DNA of 32,000 nucleotides from Candidatus Hermodarchaeota archaeon (GTDB lineage: Archaea > Asgardarchaeota > Heimdallarchaeia > Hodarchaeales > Hodarchaeaceae). The notes beneath the pieces are model-generated. The model was not told where the DNA came from. It ran no database searches and saw nothing but the letters and a program-made list of their open reading frames with translations. The first letter of the stretch is position 1. Every line of letters begins with the position of its first letter. Both the position numbers and the translations under genes were made by a program. Of this stretch, positions 1-9,353 are shown piece after piece. The stretch covers positions 1 to 32,000 of the forward strand of contig JBHLKY010000033.1 of NCBI GenBank assembly GCA_048886185.1, read 5' to 3'.

Positions 1-1289
1 AAGTCGATCAATGGTTTTACTAATTCTCCATCATTCCTGTCAATATCTGTTGGCATAATCTTAATCCCAAGAATTTCCAGTAATGTAATTATTTTCTCTT
101 TTGATGCCTGCAATATATGTTTATTTTGGTGTTCTAATGAAGAATTAATCTTTCTCACAAATTTCATGATACTTTGAATTGCTAAGACTGTGTTCAAATC
201 ATCATCCATTGCTTCAATGAACTCTTCTTCTACTATTTTGAGATCCTTTTCTAAATCAGAAGCTTTACCTCCCGGAATTTTATCAATAAGTCTTAATGTA
301 TTATTAATACGATTTAAAAGACGTTGCGCCTCTTTGAAGGCATCTTCATTAAAATCAAGATTTTTTCGATAATGGCTATTTACTAAAAAGAATCGAACTG
401 CCATTGGATCATATTTTTGTAGGAGTTCTCGAATTAAAACATAGTTTCCTAAAGATTTACTCATCTTTGTACCATTAACAATAAGATGGTTTGCATGAAT
501 CCAATAATTCACGAACTTTTTTCCTGTTCGTGCTTCTGATTGAGCAACCTCATTTGGGTGATGTAACATCAAATGTTCGATACCACCAGAATGAATGTCT
601 AATGTATCTCCTAGATACTTTTGTGACATTACTGAGCATTCTAAATGCCATCCAGGATAACCAAAACCCCATGGAGACGGCCATTTCATAAGATAATTCT
701 TTGGTGCCTTTATCCATAATGCAAAATCTTGAGGATTTCTTTTATCAGGATGCACTGCAACACGTGCTCCTGCCGATTCTTTAGAATAGCTCGTAGGACT
801 GAGTTTCCCATATGACGGGAAATTCTTTACATCAAAATAGATTGAACCATTAACTTCATATGCGAAGCCGTTTTCCAATAGGTTCTTAATGAATTCAATC
901 ATTTCAGGGATGTGTGCTGTTGCACGAGGATAGATGTCCGCTCTTTGTATGTTTAAAGCGTCAATATCTTCAAAAAAGTGTTTGATTTGTCTTTCTACCA
1001 GAACCATTGGTTCCATATTTTTATTCTTGGCAGTTTTAACAATTCTATCCTCTCCAGTATCCGCATCATCAGTTAAATGTCCCACGTCTGTTATATTTTG
1101 TACCCAAAAGACGTCAAATCCACGCCATCGTAAATATCTAACTAAAATATCCCAATAGGAATAAGTTCTTGCATTTCCAAGATGGAGATCTAAGTATATT
1201 GTTTGGCCACAGGAATAAAACCGCACTTTTTTTTCTTCAAGAGGTTGAAATACCTCTTTTTTTCTAGTTAAGGAATTAAACAGCTTCAT
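1..1289 (-). CDS. cysS: Cysteine--tRNA ligase (class I); C-terminus runs off the window start
   Basis: Missing from the ORF track because it is open at the edge. My translation from ATG 1289 reads MKLFNSLTRKKEVF..CGQTIYLDLHLGNAR (HIGH-like), WPSPWGFGYPGWHLECS, DIHSGGIEHLMLHHPNE and KMSKSLGN. A GAGGT ribosome-binding site lies upstream. Confidence 0.97.
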   Translation of the reverse strand, partial: MKLFNSLTRKKEVFQPLEEKKVRFYSCGQTIYLDLHLGNARTYSYWDILVRYLRWRGFDVFWVQNITDVGHLTDDADTGEDRIVKTAKNKNMEPMVLVERQIKHFFEDIDALNIQRADIYPRATAHIPEMIEFIKNLLENGFAYEVNGSIYFDVKNFPSYGKLSPTSYSKESAGARVAVHPDKRNPQDFALWIKAPKNYLMKWPSPWGFGYPGWHLECSVMSQKYLGDTLDIHSGGIEHLMLHHPNEVAQSEARTGKKFVNYWIHANHLIVNGTKMSKSLGNYVLIRELLQKYDPMAVRFFLVNSHYRKNLDFNEDAFKEAQRLLNRINNTLRLIDKIPGGKASDLEKDLKIVEEEFIEAMDDDLNTVLAIQSIMKFVRKINSSLEHQNKHILQASKEKIITLLEILGIKIMPTDIDRNDGELVKPLID

Positions 1290-1683
1290 GAGTTTATTAC
1301 CTCAGAATTAGAGATCTGGTATTCTCTTATCAGCAGAAGAATACAAAAGAATCTTTGTTGATCACTTAGGTTTCCATTGTAGACTTCTGGCTTGATGAAA
1401 GAATTAACAACAACAGTTATTACCAGAAATCTGAGTGGTCAAAATGATCATTTATCTCAATCCAATATAGGTTTTTATAACTTCCTATGAAGGCATACAT
1501 GAATACACTCTTTCTAGATCTGAAAAAAATCATTAAATAGACATTGATAAAGAGTTTTACTCCCAAGATGAGTTATTAGATAAAGAATTATATAAAAGAA
1601 GCTCTCCAAAAAGTAAAAAGATTGAAGAATAAAGCAGGATTTGTAGCTGCTGACTGACAAAAATGTAATTTCTTTAGAAAAGG

Positions 1684-2802
1684 TTAAAAAGCTACTCTAT
1701 ATATTGCACTTTCTTTGTAACTAGTTATTACTTGAATATATCCGCTCAGAAGTTTATCGACCTCTTTATCTCCAGTATCAACTAGTAATGGCCTTCCCTC
1801 AAGGGAATTAAGTTTTTCTCTAGTTGCAACAACGATTATATTCTTTTTCCCACCAATTTTGGTAATTATTTCCGAGCTTATTTGTTGGTTACCCCTTCCA
1901 AATAAATATCCTTGCCCTCCAATTGGAGTAACAATTATTTTTGCCTTTTTCCCGACAATCAACCCAAGTAATTCTTTTTCATTAAGGTCTTTCCCCACAA
2001 GTTTCTTGTTATATATTAGATCGACTCCTAAAAGACTGTTGTCTAGATTTAATTTTTCCATAATTGCCCGAGTAGTTGTACCAGGACCAATGATGTAAAA
2101 CGAATCCTCAGTCATATTTTCAATGATCTCTTCAGCAATAGCTTCTTGCGAATATTTTTCACTGGGAGGTGTCCCAAATTTCATCCCTTGAATATATCTC
2201 TTCTCAAATGGGATCTTTAGGTAACCATATAGTTTGGCGGATAAGATACCTTTTCTAAAGCTCTCTTCATCAATATCCATAACTTCAGCTTCTCTCACGT
2301 TTTGGATCCTTTGTTGAAGGTATAACAAAGCTAAATCACCAGCTCTCATTGGATTTCGTGCATACACAGCTGAATGCATTTTCACTCCAGTTGGAATACC
2401 AAGAACGACCAAGTTTCCTTTAACAGCTTCATATATGTCCCTAGCGGTTCCATCTCCTCCTGCAAACAGTAAAAGATCAGCTCTCATATTAAGAATAGCC
2501 ACTGAAGCTCTTTGTGTATCTTGACCTGTGGTTTTACCTTTGTGTATTGATCCTATAACTTGTGGTTCAAATCCACATCGTAGAGTAGCATCTTCTCCCA
2601 TTTCATAAGGATATGTAATTATTTTAAGGTCATCTCTTAGAATAGCAAGTCTTTTTATTGCCTCCATTGCACGCCGTTGTGAATCTGGTTTTGCTCCTAA
2701 ACTCCTTGCTTTCTCTAAAATATTGACTCCATCTGTTCCTTTTAATCCTACTTTTCCCCCCATTCCAGCTATGGGGTTGATGATAAGGCCTAATTTTTTC
2801 AA
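1684..2802 (-). CDS. ATP-NAD kinase-like family protein (COG3199 type)
   Basis: N-terminal LIINPIAGMGGKVGLKGTDG, GGDGTARD motif, GIPTGVKMHSAVYA and TPIGGQGYLFGRGNQQIS. TTG start, 6 bp below the gcvPB stop. Confidence 0.88.
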   Translation of the reverse strand: MKKLGLIINPIAGMGGKVGLKGTDGVNILEKARSLGAKPDSQRRAMEAIKRLAILRDDLKIITYPYEMGEDATLRCGFEPQVIGSIHKGKTTGQDTQRASVAILNMRADLLLFAGGDGTARDIYEAVKGNLVVLGIPTGVKMHSAVYARNPMRAGDLALLYLQQRIQNVREAEVMDIDEESFRKGILSAKLYGYLKIPFEKRYIQGMKFGTPPSEKYSQEAIAEEIIENMTEDSFYIIGPGTTTRAIMEKLNLDNSLLGVDLIYNKKLVGKDLNEKELLGLIVGKKAKIIVTPIGGQGYLFGRGNQQISSEIITKIGGKKNIIVVATREKLNSLEGRPLLVDTGDKEVDKLLSGYIQVITSYKESAIYRVAF

Positions 2803-2808
2803 TTTAGA

Positions 2809-4353
2809 TCAGTGTTTTTTTGACTTTTTTAAGTACGCTCTCCAAGTGATTGCCCATTTTGAAGGATCATCTAGTGTCTCCGATTTGATTTTGTGAATAA
2901 CACTATTATGAGGTGCACTCTTTACTTTATCAGGATCTTCATAAGCTTCTTTAACAACCTTTCGTAACCCTGCAATATACTCATCAATTTCAGCCTTTGA
3001 ATAGGATTCAGTAGGTTCAAGTGTCATTGGTTGTGGTACAATGAATGGGTGATGTGATGACCACATGTGAAACCCAAAATCAATCATTCGATTAGTAATA
3101 TCTTCCGTTGTGATTCCTGTTTCTTCCGTCAAATCATTCCAGCTGTACCGAACCTGTTCAATACGATGTCGGCCTTTAGCGTATGGTGCACTAGCACCAC
3201 GAATTTGCAACACCTTTTTTAATAAATAGTTATTATTTAAGACTGCGATATGGGAAGCCTCTCTTAATCCCTCACTCCCTAAGCTCATGATCCACGAATA
3301 AGCCCTTAAAATAACTGGTATTACACCATAATAACCTCTAATTTTCCCTATACTTTTGGGTAAGTTGTAATTCAAATAGTAGTTCTTCCCATTAAAATCA
3401 ACTAATGGAACTGGAACATAATCAATGAGTTTTTTTGTCACCCCAAGAGCTCCTGTGGCGGGTCCACCACATCCGTGAGGAGACGAAAATGTTTTATGGA
3501 GATTAAAGAAACACATATCGAATCCTGCTTCTTTTGCTCTTGCAACTCCTAATAATCCATTTGCATTCGCCTGATCATAGCCACAAATCCCCCCAACATC
3601 ATGAATAATTTTAGTAAATTCTATGATTTCCGAATTAAAGATTCCTGTATCCTCAGGATTAGTTATCAACAACCCAGCAGTACGTTCTGATGCTGCTATT
3701 TTCAGAGCGTCTAAATCAGGTAATCCTTCCTCATTCGGATAGATAGTGATGATTTTATATCCCTTTACTGCTGCAGCAGCAGCATCTGAGGGGTGAGAAA
3801 ATATTGTTGTAATTATTTCATCTCTCTTTTCAGAGTCTCCATTGTAATCATGATACGCGTGAATTATTGAAGCCATAGCTAGGATCGCTTGGCTTCCTCC
3901 ACCAGGTTGGAAGGTAAATTTATCCAAACCTGAAATTTCTCTCAGAAATACATCTGTTTTGTAAATTATTTCTAAAATACCTTGAACTGTGCTTTCATCT
4001 TGATTTGGATGAAGTTCTGTTAATTTGGGAGACGTTGCAAATTGCTCATTAATCTTTGGACTATATTTCATCGTACATGTACCCTGTCCGATGTCAATGT
4101 TCAAATCTGCTCCCAGATTTTCTTGCGACAATCTTAAAAAGTGTTTTAAAACACGCATTTGAGAGAGTTCAGGAAGTTGAGGAGGATCTTTACGAATGAT
4201 TTCTTTAGGTAAGGATGATAATCCATCACCAACTAATTCAATGATTTCTTTTTCAATTTCTGGAAGCAGTATTCCCCGTTCTCCTTTAGTGCTTAACTCA
4301 AATATAATAGGTTCATCCCACTTAGCTTGGTGAAATTTGGTTCTTAGTTTCAT
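2809..4353 (-). CDS. gcvPB: Glycine dehydrogenase (decarboxylating) subunit 2-like, PLP-binding, divergent clade
   Basis: GTCTMKYSPKINE, PLP-lysine motif FNLHKTFSSPHGCGGP, DQANANG and MTLEPTESYSKAEID. Confidence 0.93.
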   Translation of the reverse strand: MKLRTKFHQAKWDEPIIFELSTKGERGILLPEIEKEIIELVGDGLSSLPKEIIRKDPPQLPELSQMRVLKHFLRLSQENLGADLNIDIGQGTCTMKYSPKINEQFATSPKLTELHPNQDESTVQGILEIIYKTDVFLREISGLDKFTFQPGGGSQAILAMASIIHAYHDYNGDSEKRDEIITTIFSHPSDAAAAAVKGYKIITIYPNEEGLPDLDALKIAASERTAGLLITNPEDTGIFNSEIIEFTKIIHDVGGICGYDQANANGLLGVARAKEAGFDMCFFNLHKTFSSPHGCGGPATGALGVTKKLIDYVPVPLVDFNGKNYYLNYNLPKSIGKIRGYYGVIPVILRAYSWIMSLGSEGLREASHIAVLNNNYLLKKVLQIRGASAPYAKGRHRIEQVRYSWNDLTEETGITTEDITNRMIDFGFHMWSSHHPFIVPQPMTLEPTESYSKAEIDEYIAGLRKVVKEAYEDPDKVKSAPHNSVIHKIKSETLDDPSKWAITWRAYLKKSKKH

Positions 4354-4365
4354 AATTATGCACCC

Positions 4366-5766
4366 TTAAGTATTTAAACATTCATCCAACACTTTAACCA
4401 GCCGATCAATATCCTCTTTCGTATGAATCTCCGTAACGCAATATAGAGCGCTTTCTCCGAATTCACCGAATTCACTAGCAAGATCTTTACCTCCAAATAT
4501 TCCCCTTTCAAGTAGATACTTATTAACTTCTTCTATTGTTTTTCCAGTATTATTAAAATCAACCATAAATTCCTTAAAATGCGATGAATGAAATAATGGG
4601 GCAGCCAATCCATCAATCTCAGAAAGCTTTTTCATTGCATATTGTGATTTCTGCAAAATAACTTTTCCAAGCTCTTGCATACCTTGCGGCCCCATTAAGG
4701 CTAAAAACACTCCTGCTGTTATCCCCCACAATGCAGCCATAGTTCCAACGAATTCTTTACCTTGTTCTCGCTTATCAAATGATGTTCTTTCATATACTAC
4801 ATCACCAAATCCCCATTCACCTTCTACTTCAGTAAGTGTTATACCAAAAAGACGTGATGGATATTCCATAACAAATCTTTCAATATCATGAGTGGCGATA
4901 AAGCCAGCTAAACCTCCTCCATATTGCATATGAATTCCTAATCCTTGTATATCACCACATACGATATCAGCTCCATAATTGTTTGGAGGAACTAATATAC
5001 CTAAGGAAACGGGATCAACTCCCACTATACTCAAAGCTCCAGCTTCATGCACTATAGCTGATATTTCCTTGCCTTGATCTTCTATGTTACCAAGATAAGA
5101 TGGATTTTCGTAATACATTCCTGCAGTATTTTCAGAAATTTTCTTTTTTAAATCCTCAAGGTTAATTTTTCCAGTTGTTAGGTCACATTCAACTAATTTA
5201 ATCTTCATTAGAGGTTGACAATAATTTTGGATAATTGCTAATCTGTCTGGAGAAATGAATCTTGAAATTAACACTTCAGAGCGATTTGTAATCCTTTCAA
5301 CCATTCGTATAGAAGTGCTTGCAGCTTGCCCCCAGTCGTATGTCGGAACATTAACAACATCCATGTCAAGGAGTTCTCCCATCATGCTTTCATACTCAAA
5401 AAGAGCATGAAATCTTCCATGATCTTCATATGGTTCTCCTGCGTATGCAGTTAAAAATTCTGAACGCTGATTAATTTCATCACAAATCGCAGGAACATAG
5501 TGCTGCCAACAACCACCACCTAAGAAACTGATATTTTCTTCACACGTTTGATTTTTTGATAATATACGATTTACGTGTCTTTTTAATGCATATTCCGAGT
5601 GTAAAGGGTCAGGTAGATTTAATTTCCCTTTTAATTTCAGTTTTTCAGGAATATCTGCATATAAAGTTGTTATATCATTAACACCTATTTCTTCAAGCAT
5701 TTTCGCCTTTATTTCTAATACTGAATTAGGGATGTATGGATGAATTAATCCGCTTTTCTTACTCAT
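4366..5766 (-). CDS. gcvPA: Glycine dehydrogenase (decarboxylating) subunit 1-like, divergent clade
   Basis: HPYIPN, SFLGGGCWQHYVPA, ADIVCGDIQGLG and GGLAGF. A GGAG ribosome-binding site lies upstream, and the gene is directly before subunit 2. Confidence 0.92.
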   Translation of the reverse strand: MSKKSGLIHPYIPNSVLEIKAKMLEEIGVNDITTLYADIPEKLKLKGKLNLPDPLHSEYALKRHVNRILSKNQTCEENISFLGGGCWQHYVPAICDEINQRSEFLTAYAGEPYEDHGRFHALFEYESMMGELLDMDVVNVPTYDWGQAASTSIRMVERITNRSEVLISRFISPDRLAIIQNYCQPLMKIKLVECDLTTGKINLEDLKKKISENTAGMYYENPSYLGNIEDQGKEISAIVHEAGALSIVGVDPVSLGILVPPNNYGADIVCGDIQGLGIHMQYGGGLAGFIATHDIERFVMEYPSRLFGITLTEVEGEWGFGDVVYERTSFDKREQGKEFVGTMAALWGITAGVFLALMGPQGMQELGKVILQKSQYAMKKLSEIDGLAAPLFHSSHFKEFMVDFNNTGKTIEEVNKYLLERGIFGGKDLASEFGEFGESALYCVTEIHTKEDIDRLVKVLDECLNT

Positions 5767-5815
5767 AACTATCTTCTCCAGATAAAATTAGGAGATTTAT
5801 TTAAAGAAACCAAAA

Positions 5816-6595
5816 TTAAGCCATACCTCCACCATCTACAACTAGAACAGATCCAGTTACCCAGCTAGAAATATCACTTGCAAAAAATAATACTGCATAA
5901 GCGACATCTTGAGGTGCCCCAACACGATTGAGGGGTCTATTTGCAGCTTCTTTCATAAAATCCTCCTCATCGATTCCTAGTTGATGAGCTTCTCTTCGGA
6001 GCATTGGAGTGTCAATATCACCAGGACAAACACAGTTAACACGAATTCCATTTTTTCCGTGATCAATTGCCATTGCTCTTGTCATATTTACAACTCCTCC
6101 CTTTGAAGCGCAATAAGCTAAAGCATTAGATCCCCCTTTTAGACCCCAACCTGATCCAGTATTAATTATACTTCCTCCATTTCCTTTAATCATAATAGGG
6201 ATGACACAGCGAGATAATAGATAAATCCCTTTTAAATTTACATCTAAAACTTCATTCCAGTCCTTTTCCTCTAGATCAATAATATTTTTACGTTTTATGA
6301 TCCCTGCATTATTGAATAAGATATCCATTCTCCCAAATTCCTTGTGAATGGCATCAACTGTCTTTCTGCATTCATTAGCAGATGTTACATCACAATAGAA
6401 GAATTTTCCATTTCCTCCTTTTTTCCTAATCTCCGATGCAGCCCTTTTCCCCAACAGTTCATTAATATCTATTAGAGCTACTCTTGCTCCCATTTCTGCA
6501 AAGATTGAAGATGTTGCTAGTCCAATACCAGAGGCAGCGCCTGTGATTATTGCGACTTTGCCCTCTAATGAGATAAGATCTAGAAATTTTTTCAT
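5816..6595 (-). CDS. Short-chain dehydrogenase/reductase (classical SDR)
   Basis: TGAASGIG, NNAG, catalytic YCASK, IRVNCVCPG and VDGG. Confidence 0.95.
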   Translation of the reverse strand: MKKFLDLISLEGKVAIITGAASGIGLATSSIFAEMGARVALIDINELLGKRAASEIRKKGGNGKFFYCDVTSANECRKTVDAIHKEFGRMDILFNNAGIIKRKNIIDLEEKDWNEVLDVNLKGIYLLSRCVIPIMIKGNGGSIINTGSGWGLKGGSNALAYCASKGGVVNMTRAMAIDHGKNGIRVNCVCPGDIDTPMLRREAHQLGIDEEDFMKEAANRPLNRVGAPQDVAYAVLFFASDISSWVTGSVLVVDGGGMA

Positions 6596-6704
6596 TTTCT
6601 CTTCCTTCTAAAATCAAAAAGACACAATGATCGTAATTCGATGAATTTTCCTATTAAAGTAGATCAGTTTCCCATAATTTTTATTATTAATCACATATCG
6701 TATA

Positions 6705-6712
6705 TTTATAAA
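6705..6712. promoter_or_regulatory. Palindromic TATA box (TTTATAAA) in the divergent SDR / methyltransferase intergenic region
   Basis: TTTATAAA ends 25 nt upstream of GTG 6738, the spacing expected for a leaderless archaeal transcript. The symmetric sequence could also serve the minus-strand operon. Confidence 0.55.
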
Positions 6713-6737
6713 TTTAGAATTATGCTAGTAGTTTACG

Positions 6738-8093
6738 GTGTGTAATGTGGAATTCCCAAGAAACAATCTTGAAAGAATTGATTGGGATTTTCCTGATAGT
6801 AAGACACAATTTTTGACTCATAAATTTCACTCTTATCCTGCGCGATTCATCCCACAAATACCACGCACAATATACGAGATATGTCTCAAATCAAATGGAG
6901 CTAGAATATTTGATCCTTTCGTTGGATGTGGTACATCATTAGTTGAAGGAGTTCTATCTCAAAATCACTCGGGGGGAGTAGATCAGAACCCTCTAGCTAT
7001 TTTAATATCCCGTGTTAAAACAAGTCCCTTGGAAATCGAGCCATTAAAACAATATTGGACGAATTTTAAATCTCAAATTCGATCTGAGGCTGATCAAAAG
7101 TCATTAAATCAGAATGAAAAGGAGCATATTCCAAAAAAGTTCATTTTTCCTAAGAGAAGCTTATCAAAACGTTTCACTGAAGAAAATACACGAATTATCT
7201 CATTAATTCTTGATTACATCGAAAATGAGATCACAAATAGTAAATTTCAAGACTTTTTTAAGGTGGGTTTCTCATCTTCGATTACCACTTTGACTGAATC
7301 TAGAAATTGGAGAAAAATAAGCATTTGGAACACCTTTCAAACAAAAATTAATTCAATGTTAAAAAGCATGACAAAATTCAACCATCGAATGAAGGATTTC
7401 AACAATTGCATGTATGAAGATATTAGATTAGGAGATTCAAGGAATTTCTCATTTATTCCTAATGAAACAATTGATTGTATTGTTACATCCCCTCCTTATG
7501 TTAATGCACTAGATTATAATCGAATTCATCAATTTAATATGAGTATACTTGGATATGATTATCGTAAATTTGCTAAGGTGGAGATAGGAGCTCATGGTCA
7601 TTATATTAGCAATAGGTGGAGGTTATTAACAGAGTATTTAGCAGATATGTTCTGGTCAATTTCAGAAATGAGAAGAGTAACAAAAAAAAGTGGTGTCATC
7701 TGTATTGTGATTGGTAATAGTTGCCTAGAATATGAACAAATAAAATCTCATGACCATTTCAAGGAGCTTGGAGAGCTCCTTGGACTAACTCATCAATTAT
7801 CTCTTTCACGAAATATTGATTCTGGAAGTAAATCAACAAGTAAAGACATAGGAAACATCTTCTCTGAGTATTTGGTATTTTTCACAAAAGAGAAAGAATT
7901 CGAAAGGGAATCAAAGACATTATTGTATGAATATGTTGAAATAACAATGTTGACTTATTTAGATCATGTGAAAAAAAGTCAAGGGACCTGTTTAAGAAAT
8001 AAACCAAAATTATCAAAAGAAAGAAGAGAAATAGCGGTTCAGAGGGTTGAAGAAGCATTATCAAGGATCAAGGAAGATTGTCGTTCTATTTAA
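6738..8093 (+). CDS. Alpha-class amino DNA methyltransferase, probably N4-cytosine (SPPY)
   Basis: THKFHSYPARFIPQIP, then motif I FDPFVGCGTS before motif IV IVTSPPY, then VICIVIGNS. Confidence 0.88.
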   Translation: MCNVEFPRNNLERIDWDFPDSKTQFLTHKFHSYPARFIPQIPRTIYEICLKSNGARIFDPFVGCGTSLVEGVLSQNHSGGVDQNPLAILISRVKTSPLEIEPLKQYWTNFKSQIRSEADQKSLNQNEKEHIPKKFIFPKRSLSKRFTEENTRIISLILDYIENEITNSKFQDFFKVGFSSSITTLTESRNWRKISIWNTFQTKINSMLKSMTKFNHRMKDFNNCMYEDIRLGDSRNFSFIPNETIDCIVTSPPYVNALDYNRIHQFNMSILGYDYRKFAKVEIGAHGHYISNRWRLLTEYLADMFWSISEMRRVTKKSGVICIVIGNSCLEYEQIKSHDHFKELGELLGLTHQLSLSRNIDSGSKSTSKDIGNIFSEYLVFFTKEKEFERESKTLLYEYVEITMLTYLDHVKKSQGTCLRNKPKLSKERREIAVQRVEEALSRIKEDCRSI

Positions 8094-8315
8094 TACAAAG
8101 ATCATCTCAGATCAGCTCTTATTGTCGAGGATGATTAGATTCCTTATGGTACCATTGTATAGATTACTAACAAAACGAATCATCTTGATAAAAATAATGT
8201 AATTGACTTAATCTTAATAATAGAATTGCCTAGTTCTATTGATTTTTATAGTCAAGTACACCAAAAAAATATTGTGTGAAAAGAATGTATAACTAGAAAA
8301 AAGGATAGTAAAAGG

Positions 8316-9353
8316 ATGGTTCATGTATTATCGAGGGATTTCATCGGAAAAAGAGTAAGTCAGATACCAAAGTTTGGTCAAGCATTAGGAGTATATGTGT
8401 TATGTGCTTCGATTTGTTATATAATTCTCATAATTTTGTTAGATAGCTTCATTGTTCCAGTATTCATTGATGATTTTAATCGCTCAATTATGTTCCTAAC
8501 AGCAATTATAGCAGTTATTTATTACAAGGAAGATCTCAAAGAGATCCTTTTAATCTGTTTTGGAGGACCTCTTATAGTAAATATATTAGCTATTATCCCT
8601 GCTATTTATATTTGGTCAGGAAGTCCCTCTGATCAAGTATGGACTGATTTAATGAGGTTATTCACCTTTTCTAGTCTCTATATTGTATATGCGGGGTTTG
8701 CTGGGATTTTAATTTATTCTCTAGCTGTATGGATTTCAGGATTTTTATCATCTCGTTCCCCAGTTCATTCTTCAGCATTTAAGAAGAATGTATTCACGTT
8801 TATTGACAAAAAAGATCAGAATGATTATACAATCAGTGTAAAAGAATATTCTAACAATAAAGCCCATACAACTTATCAATTGATTGGATTTCTGCTTTAT
8901 CTATCTGTCCTTTTTTGTTTAACCATATTATTATTTTTGGTTCCTATCTATAACTATTCATTTGACCTTCATCTGTCAATCTGGGATCTTGGTTTAATTC
9001 CTGTACTCCTTGTGGGTTTGGCAGCTATTAATCTTTTATCTATTGTAATTTTTAGTCCTTTCTGGCATTATTATCCTTCCTTAACCGAGAGATATCCTAA
9101 TTTAATTCTTAATATTCAATCAAATCTTTCTGTAATATGTATCTTTTTTGCATCAATATTTTTCCCTAATCCCTCAAACATCCGGGTAGGAACATTTGTT
9201 GTTGAAAATGGCATTGGAATAGAAATCTTATTTTATCTAATTATCTTAATAATAATATTTACACCTGCTATCTATGAATATGTTCAACCATTAAGAAATT
9301 TAAAGTATCATACAAAACAACATGAACCAGCAACTCCTTCGGAATCACAATAG
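8316..9353 (+). CDS. Hypothetical polytopic membrane protein
   Basis: 345-aa ORF with roughly eight hydrophobic segments in two groups, separated by a polar loop (SSRSPVHSSAFKKNVFTFIDKKDQNDY). No family recognised. Confidence 0.75.
   Translation: MVHVLSRDFIGKRVSQIPKFGQALGVYVLCASICYIILIILLDSFIVPVFIDDFNRSIMFLTAIIAVIYYKEDLKEILLICFGGPLIVNILAIIPAIYIWSGSPSDQVWTDLMRLFTFSSLYIVYAGFAGILIYSLAVWISGFLSSRSPVHSSAFKKNVFTFIDKKDQNDYTISVKEYSNNKAHTTYQLIGFLLYLSVLFCLTILLFLVPIYNYSFDLHLSIWDLGLIPVLLVGLAAINLLSIVIFSPFWHYYPSLTERYPNLILNIQSNLSVICIFFASIFFPNPSNIRVGTFVVENGIGIEILFYLIILIIIFTPAIYEYVQPLRNLKYHTKQHEPATPSESQ

Noticed and set aside
190-1158. Short + strand ORFs 190-372, 491-691 and 934-1158
   Set aside because: They are antisense shadows of cysS, which has all its signature motifs on the minus strand.
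540-1215. CysRS motif variants CGQTIY and EHLMLHHPNE
   Set aside because: The Zn ligands (two Cys, His, Glu) and KMSKS are retained, so this looks like ordinary lineage variation.
1392-1434. TGATGA...CTGA spacing resembling a box C/D sRNA
   Set aside because: There are no internal D'/C' boxes or terminal stem, and no target can be checked. Such short motifs are common in AT-rich DNA.
8100-8190. Short inverted repeats (GATGATT/AATCATC) and the palindrome ATGGTACCAT in the intergenic gap
   Set aside because: They are too short to distinguish from chance, with no repeat array or transposon-end pattern.
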